Positions 9,189 to 19,005 of a stretch of 64,000 nt of DNA are shown piece by piece; position 1 is the first letter of the stretch; each line of letters starts with the position of its first letter. The DNA is from an uncultured bacterium (lineage in GTDB: Bacteria > Patescibacteriota > Patescibacteriia > CAIQCM01). Made by a program: the position numbers and the translations under genes. The DNA lies in the NCBI GenBank assembly GCA_963708045.1, contig OY970181.1, forward strand, positions 323,740-387,739. Reading direction: 5' to 3'. The notes below the pieces were generated by a model. The model saw nothing but the letters and a program-made list of their open reading frames with translations, was not told the DNA's origin and did no database searches.

Positions 9189-9720
9189 ATGTTGATGTTG
9201 TTATAAATAATAAAACCCACCTTTCAATTTTTAATAATTTAATGTATTGATTCATTTCTTTTGTGACATTAAAAGGCGTTGACCAAATACTTTTTTGAAT
9301 TTGTTTAAACCCCATCCTCTTAAGCGACCGTCTAAACATTGTTCTGGATTCTTTGGCCAACTCCGGTACATCAAAAGCGACGACAAGGTTTTTTCCTTTT
9401 GGCAGATATTTTCTCTTTTTAAAAATACAAATTTGCAGAGCGGCAATTTTGCCATGATCAGTTATTTTGACCAAGATATCATTATTTAATTTTTGTATTT
9501 CAATCCAGCCATTTTTATATATTTTACTAATTGGTTTAGGCAGGCCACCCGACTTATATTCAAGATATTGTCGCGCCGCACGCACGCTCATATTCCGCAT
9601 AAGAGAAGGGTAATTAAGAAAAAAGAATAGATCGTCAGTTTTTTGAAATATTTTAAGCAAAATCTCGGCTGTTACCGTTAGAGATTTTTTTGTTAAAAAT
9701 TTGATTCGTTTTTGCTCCAT
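9187..9720 (-). CDS. putative transcriptional regulator: N-terminal winged helix plus C-terminal Cas2-like/PaaX-middle-domain-like module
   Basis: C-terminal segment LVVAFDVPELAKESRTMFRRSLKRMGFKQIQKSIWSTP follows the Cas2/PaaX pattern (hydrophobic strand-D-hhhhh..R.R..L...GF...Q.SVW); N-terminal segment helix-turn-helix-like; start set at MEQKRIK (9720) since the longer ORF would run through the upstream palindrome. Confidence 0.45.
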   Translation of the reverse strand: MEQKRIKFLTKKSLTVTAEILLKIFQKTDDLFFFLNYPSLMRNMSVRAARQYLEYKSGGLPKPISKIYKNGWIEIQKLNNDILVKITDHGKIAALQICIFKKRKYLPKGKNLVVAFDVPELAKESRTMFRRSLKRMGFKQIQKSIWSTPFNVTKEMNQYIKLLKIERWVLLFITTST

Positions 9721-9730
9721 ATTATTTCTT

Positions 9731-9758
9731 CCTCTAATGCCCGATCGGGCTTTAGAGG
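9731..9758. promoter_or_regulatory. palindrome cctctaatgcCCGATCGGgctttagagg immediately upstream of the regulator start (candidate operator)
   Basis: Seen directly; 1 mismatch in 14-bp arms. Confidence 0.45.
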
Positions 9759-10241
9759 ATTTTGGTGTTGATAGCAAAATGTTTTTGCGATCCTTGATAT
9801 TTTTTAAATTAATTATTTTTTTATTTCGCGATTAACGACAATTTTTTTGATTACCATGATGACTGGTCGGCCGCTATGCAGCGTCAACCTCCATACTGGT
9901 AGATAGCAAAGAAAACGAATGATACAAATTACGCGTTGTTCACTGGTGCCATCCTTACTGATTCGTATATTTTGTGTTGCGTCGTTGTCTTAAGGCAATA
10001 AGAGTCGCATAAACGGCGGGGGCTTTCGCCCCCGCCGTAATGGCACTAATTTGTCGCGCTCCCGTTCTGGCCGTTTTGCGAGTGTTTAAAACCGCTGTCG
10101 TGTCCGTTTCGCCAGGAGCGGATGGATGTTTCAACAACGAATTTTCGGAGAGCTTCGGTGTGTTCGCCGGAAAGGTGAAAACGCGCGGCGAGCTCGCGGC
10201 ATTGGCCAGAAAGGAAGTCTAAATAGGTACTGGTTCTTTCT

Positions 10242-12176
10242 TCAGGCATTAGCATCACCCCCCTTCTTTTTAAATCGTTTGCCAATAATCACCGCGCCGA
10301 GGAGTAATAGCGGCGGCCCCACGGCAATCGCAACGAGCGACGCGCGTCGCGCAAGCGTCGGCGTCTTGCTTTCCTCGGGTGATTTGATAATCGCAAGATC
10401 GCTCGTCGTCGCGGGAATTAAAACGTTGTCACTGCCTTGTTTAACGAGCAATCCTTTAGCGCTCAGGCGCTCGCCTTTTGCGGCTTCAAAAATTGTTTTT
10501 ATGAGAATTGAATTGTCACTGTCGGCAATTCGTAATTTGCTCGCTGTTTTTTCCGCGATCACGCCTGTGACCGCGACAACTAAATTTAAATTATTTTCCG
10601 CGTCTTTAATTTCAATTTTTTTAATCGCCGGCGCTGTTCCTGATTTTATGGTCATTGCCGAGTCGGTCTTTACCAAAAGTTTTGGCATTGGCAAACTTTT
10701 TGCTGTTGACCAAGAACCATAAGCAGTAACCACGTCGCCAACCGCGGGCGATAGTTTTGAATTAAGCGCCAGCCGCACTTCAACCGAACGATTGGTTTCT
10801 TTAACCACGAACACGTCTTTGGCAATGACGTTTGGCGGAAAAATAACAGTGCCGCTCACACTTGTTGCGGACTTTGTGGTTGTTGTTTTGGGCGTTGACG
10901 GCGAAGATGTTGCTACTGTTTTTGCCGTTGCTGTTTGCGAAGTTTTTATTGTCGCGCTTTTTGTGGTAGATGATGTTGTCGCGGTAATTGTTTTTGCTGT
11001 CGCGTCCGCTCCTATATATAAGTTGTTAATAATAATGACATTATCGGCTTTGAGTAATTTAGAAATTTCATCGCTTTGCGTTTTAAAAAGATCAACCAAC
11101 CACTTAGTATCAATTTTTGTTGTCGGTTTAGTTGCGGTTGCTGCTACTTTGCTATTTGCCATTTGCGACTGGCCGTCCATCGGCGCGATGATATTTGCGA
11201 GCGCGGGCGTGGGCGTCTGTGTAACGGCAAAGTCATTAAAGTCAGAATTAGTATCAAGTCCGTCGGCGCGGCGAGCCAGCGAATAATTTTCATCTGGCGC
11301 CGGTGGATTATTTTCGTTGCTTTCCCAATCGCCGTAAGCAACAGAATCGGCTTCACGATTTTTATCGTCGCGAAGAATAACTAAGTCGCCAATATTATTT
11401 AATCGCGCGACACTGAGTTCAACTCTCATAAAGCCGCGCGGGAAAATTAATCCGGAAAGCGTTGCAATATTTTTTCCGGTTCCGTCGGCCAAGTGCCAGC
11501 CCGCAAGGTCAACGGCGTAATCGTCGGCGTCGTAAAGTTCCACCCACTCCGCCGTGTCGGACGGATTTGGCATTACTTCGTTTATCTTTATCGGCAAAAC
11601 AGAAACTGGTACGGTATTTTTTGCGACGGGCGGCGATGTTGTGTTGGTGTTTTCCGTCTCACCCGCGTTAACATTAGTATTTGAATTGGTGTTTGTATTT
11701 TGATTGGTGTTTGCTGGCGGCGCGTCTGTGGCGCTGTAAGTTTTTTGCGCGACAATGTCCGAGTCGGTATCGTTTTCAATTGTTATTTGATTGGCGACGA
11801 CGTAAACCGTGCCGCCGCCTGCGGCGAGCGAAATCGTGGACTGTTTCAGATCATAAGCGCCGGCATAGCCGCTACCTGCAATAATGTAATGTCCGTTTGC
11901 GGGGATTATCGCGCCGCTCGCAAAATTTTTTTTGTAATATTTTGTCCCGCTTGCACTTTTGTATTGAATAGACCATTCGCCGATTGCGATGTCTGTGCCG
12001 CCGGTATTCAAGATCTCAATAAATTCGTCGTCAGCCGTGACGCCACTCGCCTGAATTTGCCCGATGGATATTGGTGGTATCTCGGCCTGAGCGTAAAAGA
12101 GGAATAAGACAACGACAAGAAAAATATAAAAGTGCTTCATATATTTATATTTTCCCGCGTTCATTTTTTTATCCAA
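10242..12176 (-). CDS. secreted cell-surface protein with two lamin-tail domains, Thr/Ser-rich linker and C-terminal membrane anchor
   Basis: Signal peptide (MKHFYIFLVVVLFLFYAQA); lamin-tail-domain-like segments (DEFIEILNTGGTDIAIGEWSI... and INEVMPNPSDTAEWVELYDADDYAVDLAGWHL...); long T/S/K-rich low-complexity region; C-terminal hydrophobic segment plus KRFKKKGG tail. Confidence 0.6.
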   Translation of the reverse strand: MDKKMNAGKYKYMKHFYIFLVVVLFLFYAQAEIPPISIGQIQASGVTADDEFIEILNTGGTDIAIGEWSIQYKSASGTKYYKKNFASGAIIPANGHYIIAGSGYAGAYDLKQSTISLAAGGGTVYVVANQITIENDTDSDIVAQKTYSATDAPPANTNQNTNTNSNTNVNAGETENTNTTSPPVAKNTVPVSVLPIKINEVMPNPSDTAEWVELYDADDYAVDLAGWHLADGTGKNIATLSGLIFPRGFMRVELSVARLNNIGDLVILRDDKNREADSVAYGDWESNENNPPAPDENYSLARRADGLDTNSDFNDFAVTQTPTPALANIIAPMDGQSQMANSKVAATATKPTTKIDTKWLVDLFKTQSDEISKLLKADNVIIINNLYIGADATAKTITATTSSTTKSATIKTSQTATAKTVATSSPSTPKTTTTKSATSVSGTVIFPPNVIAKDVFVVKETNRSVEVRLALNSKLSPAVGDVVTAYGSWSTAKSLPMPKLLVKTDSAMTIKSGTAPAIKKIEIKDAENNLNLVVAVTGVIAEKTASKLRIADSDNSILIKTIFEAAKGERLSAKGLLVKQGSDNVLIPATTSDLAIIKSPEESKTPTLARRASLVAIAVGPPLLLLGAVIIGKRFKKKGGDANA

Positions 12177-12318
12177 GCAAAGCGTTAGCTGTTAATAACA
12201 CCGTGTAAAAAATTTTTTAGATAATACAAAAAATTGTGTTAGAACGGCCTGACACATACCCCTTGAAAATTTGTCACATTTATCATAATCTCCACTTATG
12301 CCCGGGTGGCGTGCGCCC

Positions 12319-12344
12319 AAGGCGCATCCGCCTCAGGCGGAAAA
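12319..12344. repeat. hairpin motif aaGGCGCATCcgcctcaggcggAAAa (copy 1) upstream of tRNA-Leu
   Basis: Paired with the copy at 12494-12519 carrying compensatory substitutions. Confidence 0.5.
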
Positions 12345-12371
12345 TGGCAAACACATCCCGCTCATTCATAT

Positions 12372-12454
12372 GCCCAGGTGGCGGAACGGCATACGCACCA
12401 GCTTTAGGAGCTGGCACTCGCAAGAGTTTGAGGGTTCAAATCCCTCCCTGGGCA
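12372..12454 (+). tRNA. tRNA-Leu(TAG)
   Basis: GCCCAGGTGGCGGAACGGCATACGC ACCAGC-TTTAGGA-GCTGG (anticodon TAG), long variable arm, T-arm GGGTTCAAATCCC, acceptor closing CTGGGCA; 5' half nearly identical to the tRNA-Leu(TAA) at 494-576. Confidence 0.85.
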
Positions 12455-12493
12455 TATGAATGAAGGCGGGACGCCCGAAAGGGCTTGCGGGTT

Positions 12494-12519
12494 CTGCACC
12501 TGAGGCGCATCAGCCTCTG
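12494..12519. repeat. hairpin motif gaGGCGCATCagcctctggctgAAAg (copy 2) downstream of tRNA-Leu
   Basis: ccgcc/ggcgg in copy 1 becomes cagcc/ggctg here: C-to-A compensated by G-to-T, so the stem is preserved. Confidence 0.5.
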
Positions 12520-12528
12520 GCTGAAAGT

Positions 12529-12574
12529 CTCGCCTCGGGCATTTTAAAAACTCTGACCTGTGTCGGAGTTTTTA
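12529..12574 (+). terminator. 17-bp perfect-stem hairpin gggcattttaaaaactc...gagtttttaaaatgccc
   Basis: Seen directly; followed 18 nt later by a T-run; could be the tRNA terminator or a structured element. Confidence 0.45.
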
Positions 12575-12696
12575 AAATGCCCTACCGTCATCTTGTTTTT
12601 TAAATTAATAAATGTTAAAGCTAATTTGCTTAACGCCTACCTCACACCCCTATAAAAACGTAGGAAGGGGACGGGCGCGAAAGCGAGGAGCGAATC

Positions 12697-13035
12697 ATGA
12701 ACAAGTTATTTGATCGCACGCCGATTGTCTGTGTCTGTGAAGTAAACTGTCGGATTGCCGTGGTTTTGGCCGACGACTTTTGGGCAGCCACAGTAAATTT
12801 TTGGAACAAGGTGAGAGCAGGTGATGAGGCATACGACGCCGCCGAGTTTAGGGCGTATTCAGGTCGCCTAATCCCGATCCCTGAAGGGCAAGTGGTTGTC
12901 TTTCAATGTGATGATCCGGAATATGGCGAACTTGCCAAGTGTTGTTTTGTGCAGCGGGCGACATTTGAGGTTCCGCTAATTACGCAAGAGAACAGGCAGG
13001 AGATCATTCGGCACATTTTCGGCCTTGATAAATAG
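12697..13035 (+). CDS. hypothetical protein (GC-rich)
   Basis: 112-aa ORF with upstream GGAAGGGGA RBS-like purine run; no motif recognised. Confidence 0.45.
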   Translation: MNKLFDRTPIVCVCEVNCRIAVVLADDFWAATVNFWNKVRAGDEAYDAAEFRAYSGRLIPIPEGQVVVFQCDDPEYGELAKCCFVQRATFEVPLITQENRQEIIRHIFGLDK

Positions 13036-13117
13036 GCAAGCAACGAACGCACGTTATAGCCCTGGAGAGAAGTTTCTTACGCTTCTCACCAGGGCTTTTC
13101 TGTATTCTGTTCAAAAA

Positions 13118-13168
13118 CCCTCACCCGGCCTTCGGCCGCCCTCCCCCATTTTTGGGGGAGGGTAAAAT
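13118..13168. repeat. GC-rich double-hairpin element ccctcacccggccttcggccgccctcccccatttttgggggagggt
   Basis: Near-identical copy lies inside a coding region at 60948-61000; related hairpins of the form ccctccc-loop-gggaggg recur across the window. Confidence 0.7.
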
Positions 13169-14320
13169 GAATCCCTAATTTCAGCCATATTTTGATTATT
13201 ACCTTGGCTCTTGACGGATATTTTTGAATAGAGTATTATATCCACATTATCCACAGAGCCCGACATACTATGAGCAGTAACTTAACTCCTAATATGAAAG
13301 CCAGCGGCTAGCCGGATATTTTGTGTCCCAATGCCCGCTGGTTTGCCAGCGGTTTTCTTTTTAGAAAAATCAGTTCGGAAACTTTTTAGAGGGTGGCCCC
13401 TTACAAAAGATTCCGAAAACCTACTTCCGCGGAGGGCGGAAAGAGCAAGTCCGAATTTAGGAACGTTGACAACCAAGCAAAGAGTAATAAATGTAAGTAC
13501 GAATTTTGGTTTCCAAAAGAAATCAAAATTTCAGTTTTGTTAACGTACAAAACTGGAGCATCTAAAAATAACGTCAACGAATTTTTGTGGTTCTCGTCGC
13601 AATGGAGCAATCCAAAGCGACTACCGTCCTAGTATCAGACTGGGACGGATCCAGAATTCTCTGGAAGACATTAAGGGCGTACGGTGGATGCCTCGGCATG
13701 GAATGCCTATGAAGGACGTAGCAGCCTGCGATAAGTCACGGCGAGGTGGCAAGCAACCTTTGACCCGTGAATCTCCGAATGAGGAAACTCAATCCGATGG
13801 AAGATCGGATTATCTTGTGCTGAATATATAGGTACAAGAAGGGAACTCGGCGAAGTGAAACATCTCAGTAGCCGAAGGAAAAGAAAGAAAGGTGCAATTT
13901 TTATATCGCCTTTCGCGATTCACATGTCTTCGGATGTGTGTTCCGCGATCTGCGGTAAAAAGTTGTGCTCATTCCCCTAGTAGCGGCGAGCGAACGGGGA
14001 AGAGCTTAAACTCCAAAGTGTTAAGCATGAAAACGGGTGATATGTCGAAAGATGTGTTATCGCGTATCGTGTGGCGGTTGTAGGGCCTCATATACTATGG
14101 AGTGTTCAGACGTAAGCGTTGTTCGCCTGCATCGAACAAGCAAGGGTTACAAACGATATCTTCCCAAGCAGAACGGCCTGGAACGGCCGGCCATAGACGG
14201 TGACAGCCCGGTACGCGAATGGGGTTATCCCTTTGCAGTTTATGTTCTAGAGTAACACGGGACTCGTGAAATCCTGTGTGAAGTCGGGAGGACTTTCTCC
14301 CAAAGCTAAATACATTCCAC

Positions 14321-14360
<40 letters not shown>

Positions 14361-14980
14361 CAGCCCGGAAGGGCGATGAAAAGTATCTGAAACCGTATGC
14401 TTACAAGGAGTGAGAGTGGATAGCAATATCCATGATCGCGTTCCTATTGAAGAATGAGCCAACGAGTTTGCTGTATGTGGCAAAGTTTAAGCCCGAGAGG
14501 GCGTAGACGTAGTGAAAGCGAGCGTGAAAGCGCGTTCTCACTTATCAACTTTTGCGGTTTACCGCAGAAGTTGTTGAGTGAGTGAGTCGCATACACAAGA
14601 CCCGAAACCGGGTGATCTAGCCATGGCCAGGATGAAGTTTTACGAAAGTAAAATGGAAGTCCGAACACATAAGCTGTGCAACACTTTGTGATGAGCTGTG
14701 GCTGGCGGTGAAATTCCAATCGAACTCGGTAATAGCTGGTTCTCCCCGAAATAGCTTGAGGGCTAGCGTCGGTTAATAACTAATTGGTGGTAGAGCACTG
14801 AATGGGGAACGGTGGAGTGATCCTACGTTTCCCAACCAACCTCCGAATGCCAGTTAGTGTTCCCGACAGTCAGCACGTGGGGGCTAAGCTCCACGGTGCG
14901 CAACGGAAACAGCCGTTGATCTCCAACTAAGGACCTTAAATCTATGCTAAGTGGAAAAGGATGTGGAACGACTCAAACAA

Positions 14981-15011
<31 letters not shown>

Positions 15012-15818
15012 TAAAGAAAGCGTAACAGCTCACTGGTCGAGTTATTCTGCGCCGAAAATATACCGGGGCTAAGCATAGTTCCGAAGTTGAGGGTTCTATA
15101 ATTAACTTTATAGAGCGGTAGGGGAGTGTTTGAAACGCATTGAAGGCGAAGACGTGAGTCCCGCTGGAGTGTTTCGAAGTACGAATGTTGGCATGAGTAG
15201 CAAAAATTGATGTGAGAACCATCAACGCCGTAAGAGGAAGGTTTCCTGGGCAACGCAAATCGGCTCAGGGTGAGGCGATCCTAAGACGAGGCCGAAAGGC
15301 GTAGTCGATGGAAAAGCAGGTTAATATTCCTGCCCCTCAATGGGTCACTACCCAGACTGACGCATCAAAAATACACGGGCGCTCTTTGGTTATGCGCGTG
15401 TCTTAATTGGGCAACTGATTAGGACGCAGTCTGAACCGAAAGGGGAAGACAATCCGTGAATGTATGGTGCCCAGAAAACGTCTGGAGACTATCCTATTGA
15501 GTCCGTACCGTAAACCGACACAGGTCCTCGGGCACAAGTGTGCCAAGGCGGACGAGAGAAACATCGTTCAGGAACTAGGCAAAAAAGTGGCCGTAACTTC
15601 GGGATAAGGCCTGCCCTATCGCAAGATAGGGTCGCAGCGAGCGTCTATGAACCGACTGTTTATCAAAAACACAGGTCCCTGCTAAGTCGCAAGACGATGT
15701 ATAGGGGCTGATGCCTGGCCAGTGTCAGAACGTTAAGGGGAGATGTTGACTCCGCAAGGAGAAGGCATTGAACCGAAGCGCTGATGAACGCCGGCGGTAA
15801 CTATAACCGTCCTAAGGT

Positions 15819-16086
15819 GGACAACACTGCCTTAGTGAGGTAACAGACCTCCTTCGAACTTTGACTAGCCATTGTCAAAGAGGTAGAAGAAAATTTGGCT
15901 ATTTCGGTGAACCTCCTTGTTTAAAAACAAGGACAATACCGAGGCAACCTGCAATGTGCAGAGAGTCCGTAGAGACTACACGCCAAAGTTTAACAATTGG
16001 TTAAATAAGATATAGTCCGAACTGCTTAGTAATAAGCAGAGCGTGATTGAACACCACGCCATTACAAAGTGTAATGTAACAACAAG
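15819..16086 (+). ncRNA. group I intron in 23S rRNA (insertion after CCTAAGGT, E. coli position about 1917)
   Basis: Exon sequence CCTAAGGT | intron | AGCGTAATCCCTTGTCGGGTGAGTTCCGACC matches the uninterrupted 23S; 5' exon ends in T and intron ends in G; conserved group I core elements R (cagagagtccgtagagactacacgcc) and S (aagatatagtccgaac) are present; 268 nt, no ORF. Confidence 0.75.
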
Positions 16087-16369
16087 AGCGTAATCCCTTG
16101 TCGGGTGAGTTCCGACCCGCACGAATGGCATAACGAGTTCATAACTGTCTTGACGATGTACTCGGCGAAATTGCAAGTGGCGTGAAGATGCGCTGTACTC
16201 GCAGCTGGACGAAAAGACCCCGTGAAGCTTTACTACTCCTTGCCATTGGATCATGTTTACTTATGTTCAGCGTAGGTGGGAGCCGCAAGGCGCCAATGAG
16301 ACACCACCCTTATGTTGATATGATTCTTACTGCAAACCGTGAATCCGGTTAGCGGAACAGTGGCTGGAA

Positions 16370-16400
<31 letters not shown>

Positions 16401-16621
16401 CAGTAACGGAGGCGTTTACAAAGGTAGGCTTGGCTCGGATGGAAATCGAGCTCAAAGTGCAAACGCAGAAGCCTGCTTGACTGCGAGGGTGATGGCCCGA
16501 GCAGAGACGAAAGTCGAAGTTAGTGATCCGACGGTCCCTCAGAGGAGGGCCGAAGCTCAACAGACAAAAGCTACTCCGGGGATAACAGGCTGATCTTGCC
16601 CAAGAGTCCATATCGACGGCA

Positions 16622-16681
<60 letters not shown>

Positions 16682-16738
16682 TGGCTGTTCGCCAATTAAA
16701 GCGGTACGTGAGCTGGGTTCAGAACGTCGTGAGACAGT

Positions 16739-17114
16739 GAGAATACCCGCGCTGTCTAAAAATCAGATCCAAGTCGCAATTCACAAGATGCGAAAGGATT
16801 CCGGTGTTGTCGCAAGATAACACTGGAGCTAAATGCTGGAAAATCTGGTCCGATCTTCTTTGGAGAGAAGATCAAAGAACTCGCACTAGTCGCGCAAGCG
16901 ACTGACAACGTGACGAGCGCAGACAATCAGCAGGAAAGGTTCTTCCATTACACGTAGAACAATCAACAATGGAAAGAAAATCCTCAGAGACTACACGCCT
17001 GATAGCTAGAAACCCCTAGTGAAAGATATAGTCCGAACTCTATGGCGACATAGAGAGTGCATCAGAAATGATGCGCCGGTTCAAAATTTATTTTTTGAAT
17101 TCGCAACATAATTG
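16739..17114 (+). ncRNA. group I intron in 23S rRNA (insertion after GAGACAGT, E. coli position about 2593, the I-CreI-type site)
   Basis: Exon GTCGTGAGACAGT | intron | TCGGTCTCCTATCC; intron ends in G; R (cagagactacacgcc) and S (aagatatagtccgaac) elements shared with the first intron; 376 nt, no ORF. Confidence 0.75.
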
Positions 17115-17550
17115 TCGGTCTCCTATCCACTGCGAGCGTTGAAACTTGAAGGGATGCTTCCCTAGTACGAGAGGACCGGGAAGCACGAACCTCCCGTGTA
17201 CGTGTTGTCCTACCAAGGGCATGGCACGGTAGCGGAGTTCGGAGGCGATAAGCGCTGAAAGCATCTAAGCACGAAGCGCCCCCTAAGATTAGGTTTCGTT
17301 ATAGACTCCTCGGAGACGACGAGGTTGATAGGCAGTAGGTGTAAGGCCCGCAAGGGTTTGAGCCGAGCTGTACTAATCGGTCGAGTTCTCCAGGGAACTC
17401 TGGTAAAAAATCAGAGAACCACAAAAACGCGCTGAAGTTATTTCAGTTGCCGTACTTTACATTTAGTGAATATCGCGTCTTTTTTGATACGGTATTTGCG
17501 AACCAACGAGCGTAGCAGCGTCTTCGTTCTGTTATAAAATAAGTTCAGAG

Positions 17551-17670
17551 TCTTGGTGACCCAACCGCACTGGTCACACCCGTTCCCATCTCGAACACGG
17601 CAGTTAAGCAGTGCAGGGCTGATGATACTTGGGGCCAACCCGTCCCTGGGAAAGTAGGCCGTTGCCAAGA
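17551..17670 (+). rRNA. rrf: 5S rRNA
   Basis: TTGGTGACC...GGTCACACCCGTTCCCATCTCGAACACGGCAGTTAAGC...GGGAAAGTAGG...GCCAAGA; flanking processing stem aagttcagagtc/gaccctgaactt. Confidence 0.85.
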
Positions 17671-17784
17671 CCCTGAACTTATTAAAAAAATAACAGAAAA
17701 GAGACGCTGAAACGCTCTGCAAAATACCACCTGAAAGGGTGTTTTTTTGTTTCTTAAAACCCCCTTTGGTAAAAAGTCGCGAAA

Positions 17785-17950
17785 AATCTTAGCCCTCCCT
17801 TTGGTAAAAGGGAGGGTGGGGAGAGTTCTGTTTTATTACGTTAAAAATATTTACGGCGAAACGAACTCCCCCTACCCCCTCTTTTGCAAAGAGTGGGCTA
17901 AGACTGGTTACAGATTTCATGTCTACCAATGTGCAAAGAGAGGGCGAGGA
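17785..17950. repeat. composite hairpin repeat element, A-B unit, empty copy (A: cttagccctccctttggtaaaagggagggtggggagagttctgttttattacgtta; B: cgaacgaactccccctaccccctc...gactggtta...tgtgcaaagag)
   Basis: Copies at 17992-18058 (A), 18470-18658 (B then A) and, inverted, 53745-53890 (A-B). Confidence 0.7.
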
Positions 17951-17991
17951 TAAAATTCTCAAATACAATCTTTTTTACAAAGATAGTGACA

Positions 17992-18658
17992 AAGCCGTGA
18001 AAAATCTTAGCCCTCCCTTTGGTAAAAGGGAGGGTAGGGAGAGTTCTGTAATTAACGTTACTTTTTATTAGAATTATTTAAAATCCAATTATGTACTTCG
18101 CTTAAAACTCCGTCTAGATTTTTCATTATATCGTTGTTCCAAAATCTTAAAACCGTAATATTATTCAGTTTTAAATAATTCGTTCTTTCTTGATCATAAT
18201 CAACGCGCTCGGCGTGTCCTCCGCCATCCGCTTCAATAGCAAGAGAGAGCGCCGGACAATAAAAATCAAGAATATATTTTCCGACGCTATATTGCCGAAA
18301 AAATTTATAACCAAAAAATCGTTTTGCTCTTAGCTGTTGCCATAGTTCCTTTTCTGCCACCGTTTGGCTTTCGCGCAATGACTGTCTTAATGACTTTAGG
18401 GCAAGATTATTTTTAAACATAACTACAAATTAATTTTATCAAAAAGTAGGGCTGAAATATACTTAACAGCGAACGAACTCCCCCTACCCCCTCCCCGATG
18501 GCCATCGGGGAGGGGGCAAAGACTGGTTGCATCTTACAAGACTATCATTGTGCAAAGAGTAGCTAATGCGAAACAAAAAATCTTAGCCCTCCCTTTGGTA
18601 AAAGGGAGGGTAGGGAGAGTTCTGTTTTATTACGTTAATTTAAGCCATTATTTAGCGT
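17992..18658. mobile_element. A-B repeat element copy carrying a DUF559 ORF as an internal insert (candidate small selfish element, of which the other copies look like MITE derivatives)
   Basis: A unit ends ...gagagttctgtaattaacgtta at 18058; the DUF559 gene occupies 18058-18420; the B unit resumes at cgaacgaactccccctacc (about 18470). In the empty copy the same two points are only about 20 nt apart. Confidence 0.5.
18058..18420 (-). CDS. DUF559 domain protein (Vsr-like restriction-endonuclease fold)
   Basis: 120 aa; characteristic DUF559 C-terminal region (CPALSLAIEADGGGHAE...ERTNYLKLNNITVLRFWNNDIMKNLDGVLSEV). Confidence 0.7.
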   Translation of the reverse strand: MFKNNLALKSLRQSLRESQTVAEKELWQQLRAKRFFGYKFFRQYSVGKYILDFYCPALSLAIEADGGGHAERVDYDQERTNYLKLNNITVLRFWNNDIMKNLDGVLSEVHNWILNNSNKK

Positions 18659-19005
18659 TAATTTTTAGCTAAAAATAAACAATTTATTTACCGTGCCCTC
18701 TTGACAAATTCGTTAAAGCGTGTTATAGTTGTTTGTTAATGAATGAAATAGGCGCGCCCTTTAAACGACAACTAGGGAGAGAGACTAGCACGAAATCACT
18801 AGACCTTGATTTCAGGATCCGCAAGGATCCCAAAGACGCGATTGTATTTGGTTTCTCAACTCCCAAATTCAGTCGCGTCTTTTTTATAGGGTCAGAAATC
18901 TGTTCGGTGCGGGTGGGGTGTTTATATGCCCCCTTGCCACGAACAGGTTCCTGCCCCCTCCGACTCAGTCGGTTGATTCCGGGCACGGTTACGAAAAGGA
19001 GTCTA

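Noticed and set aside
9187-9777. Calling the wHTH/Cas2-like gene a CRISPR-associated Cas2
   Set aside because: No CRISPR array or cas1 in 64 kb; architecture (N-terminal winged helix plus a Cas2-like module) fits PaaX-type regulators better than an adaptation-module Cas2
12300-12371. Possible second tRNA (anticodon TCA, a UGA-decoding suppressor or Sec tRNA) just upstream of tRNA-Leu(TAG)
   Set aside because: Only the 12-nt acceptor/D-start mimic is tRNA-like; the rest forms two 3-nt-loop hairpins, with no T-arm and no cloverleaf. All long ORFs in the window terminate at TGA/TAA/TAG normally, so there is no sign of stop-codon reassignment
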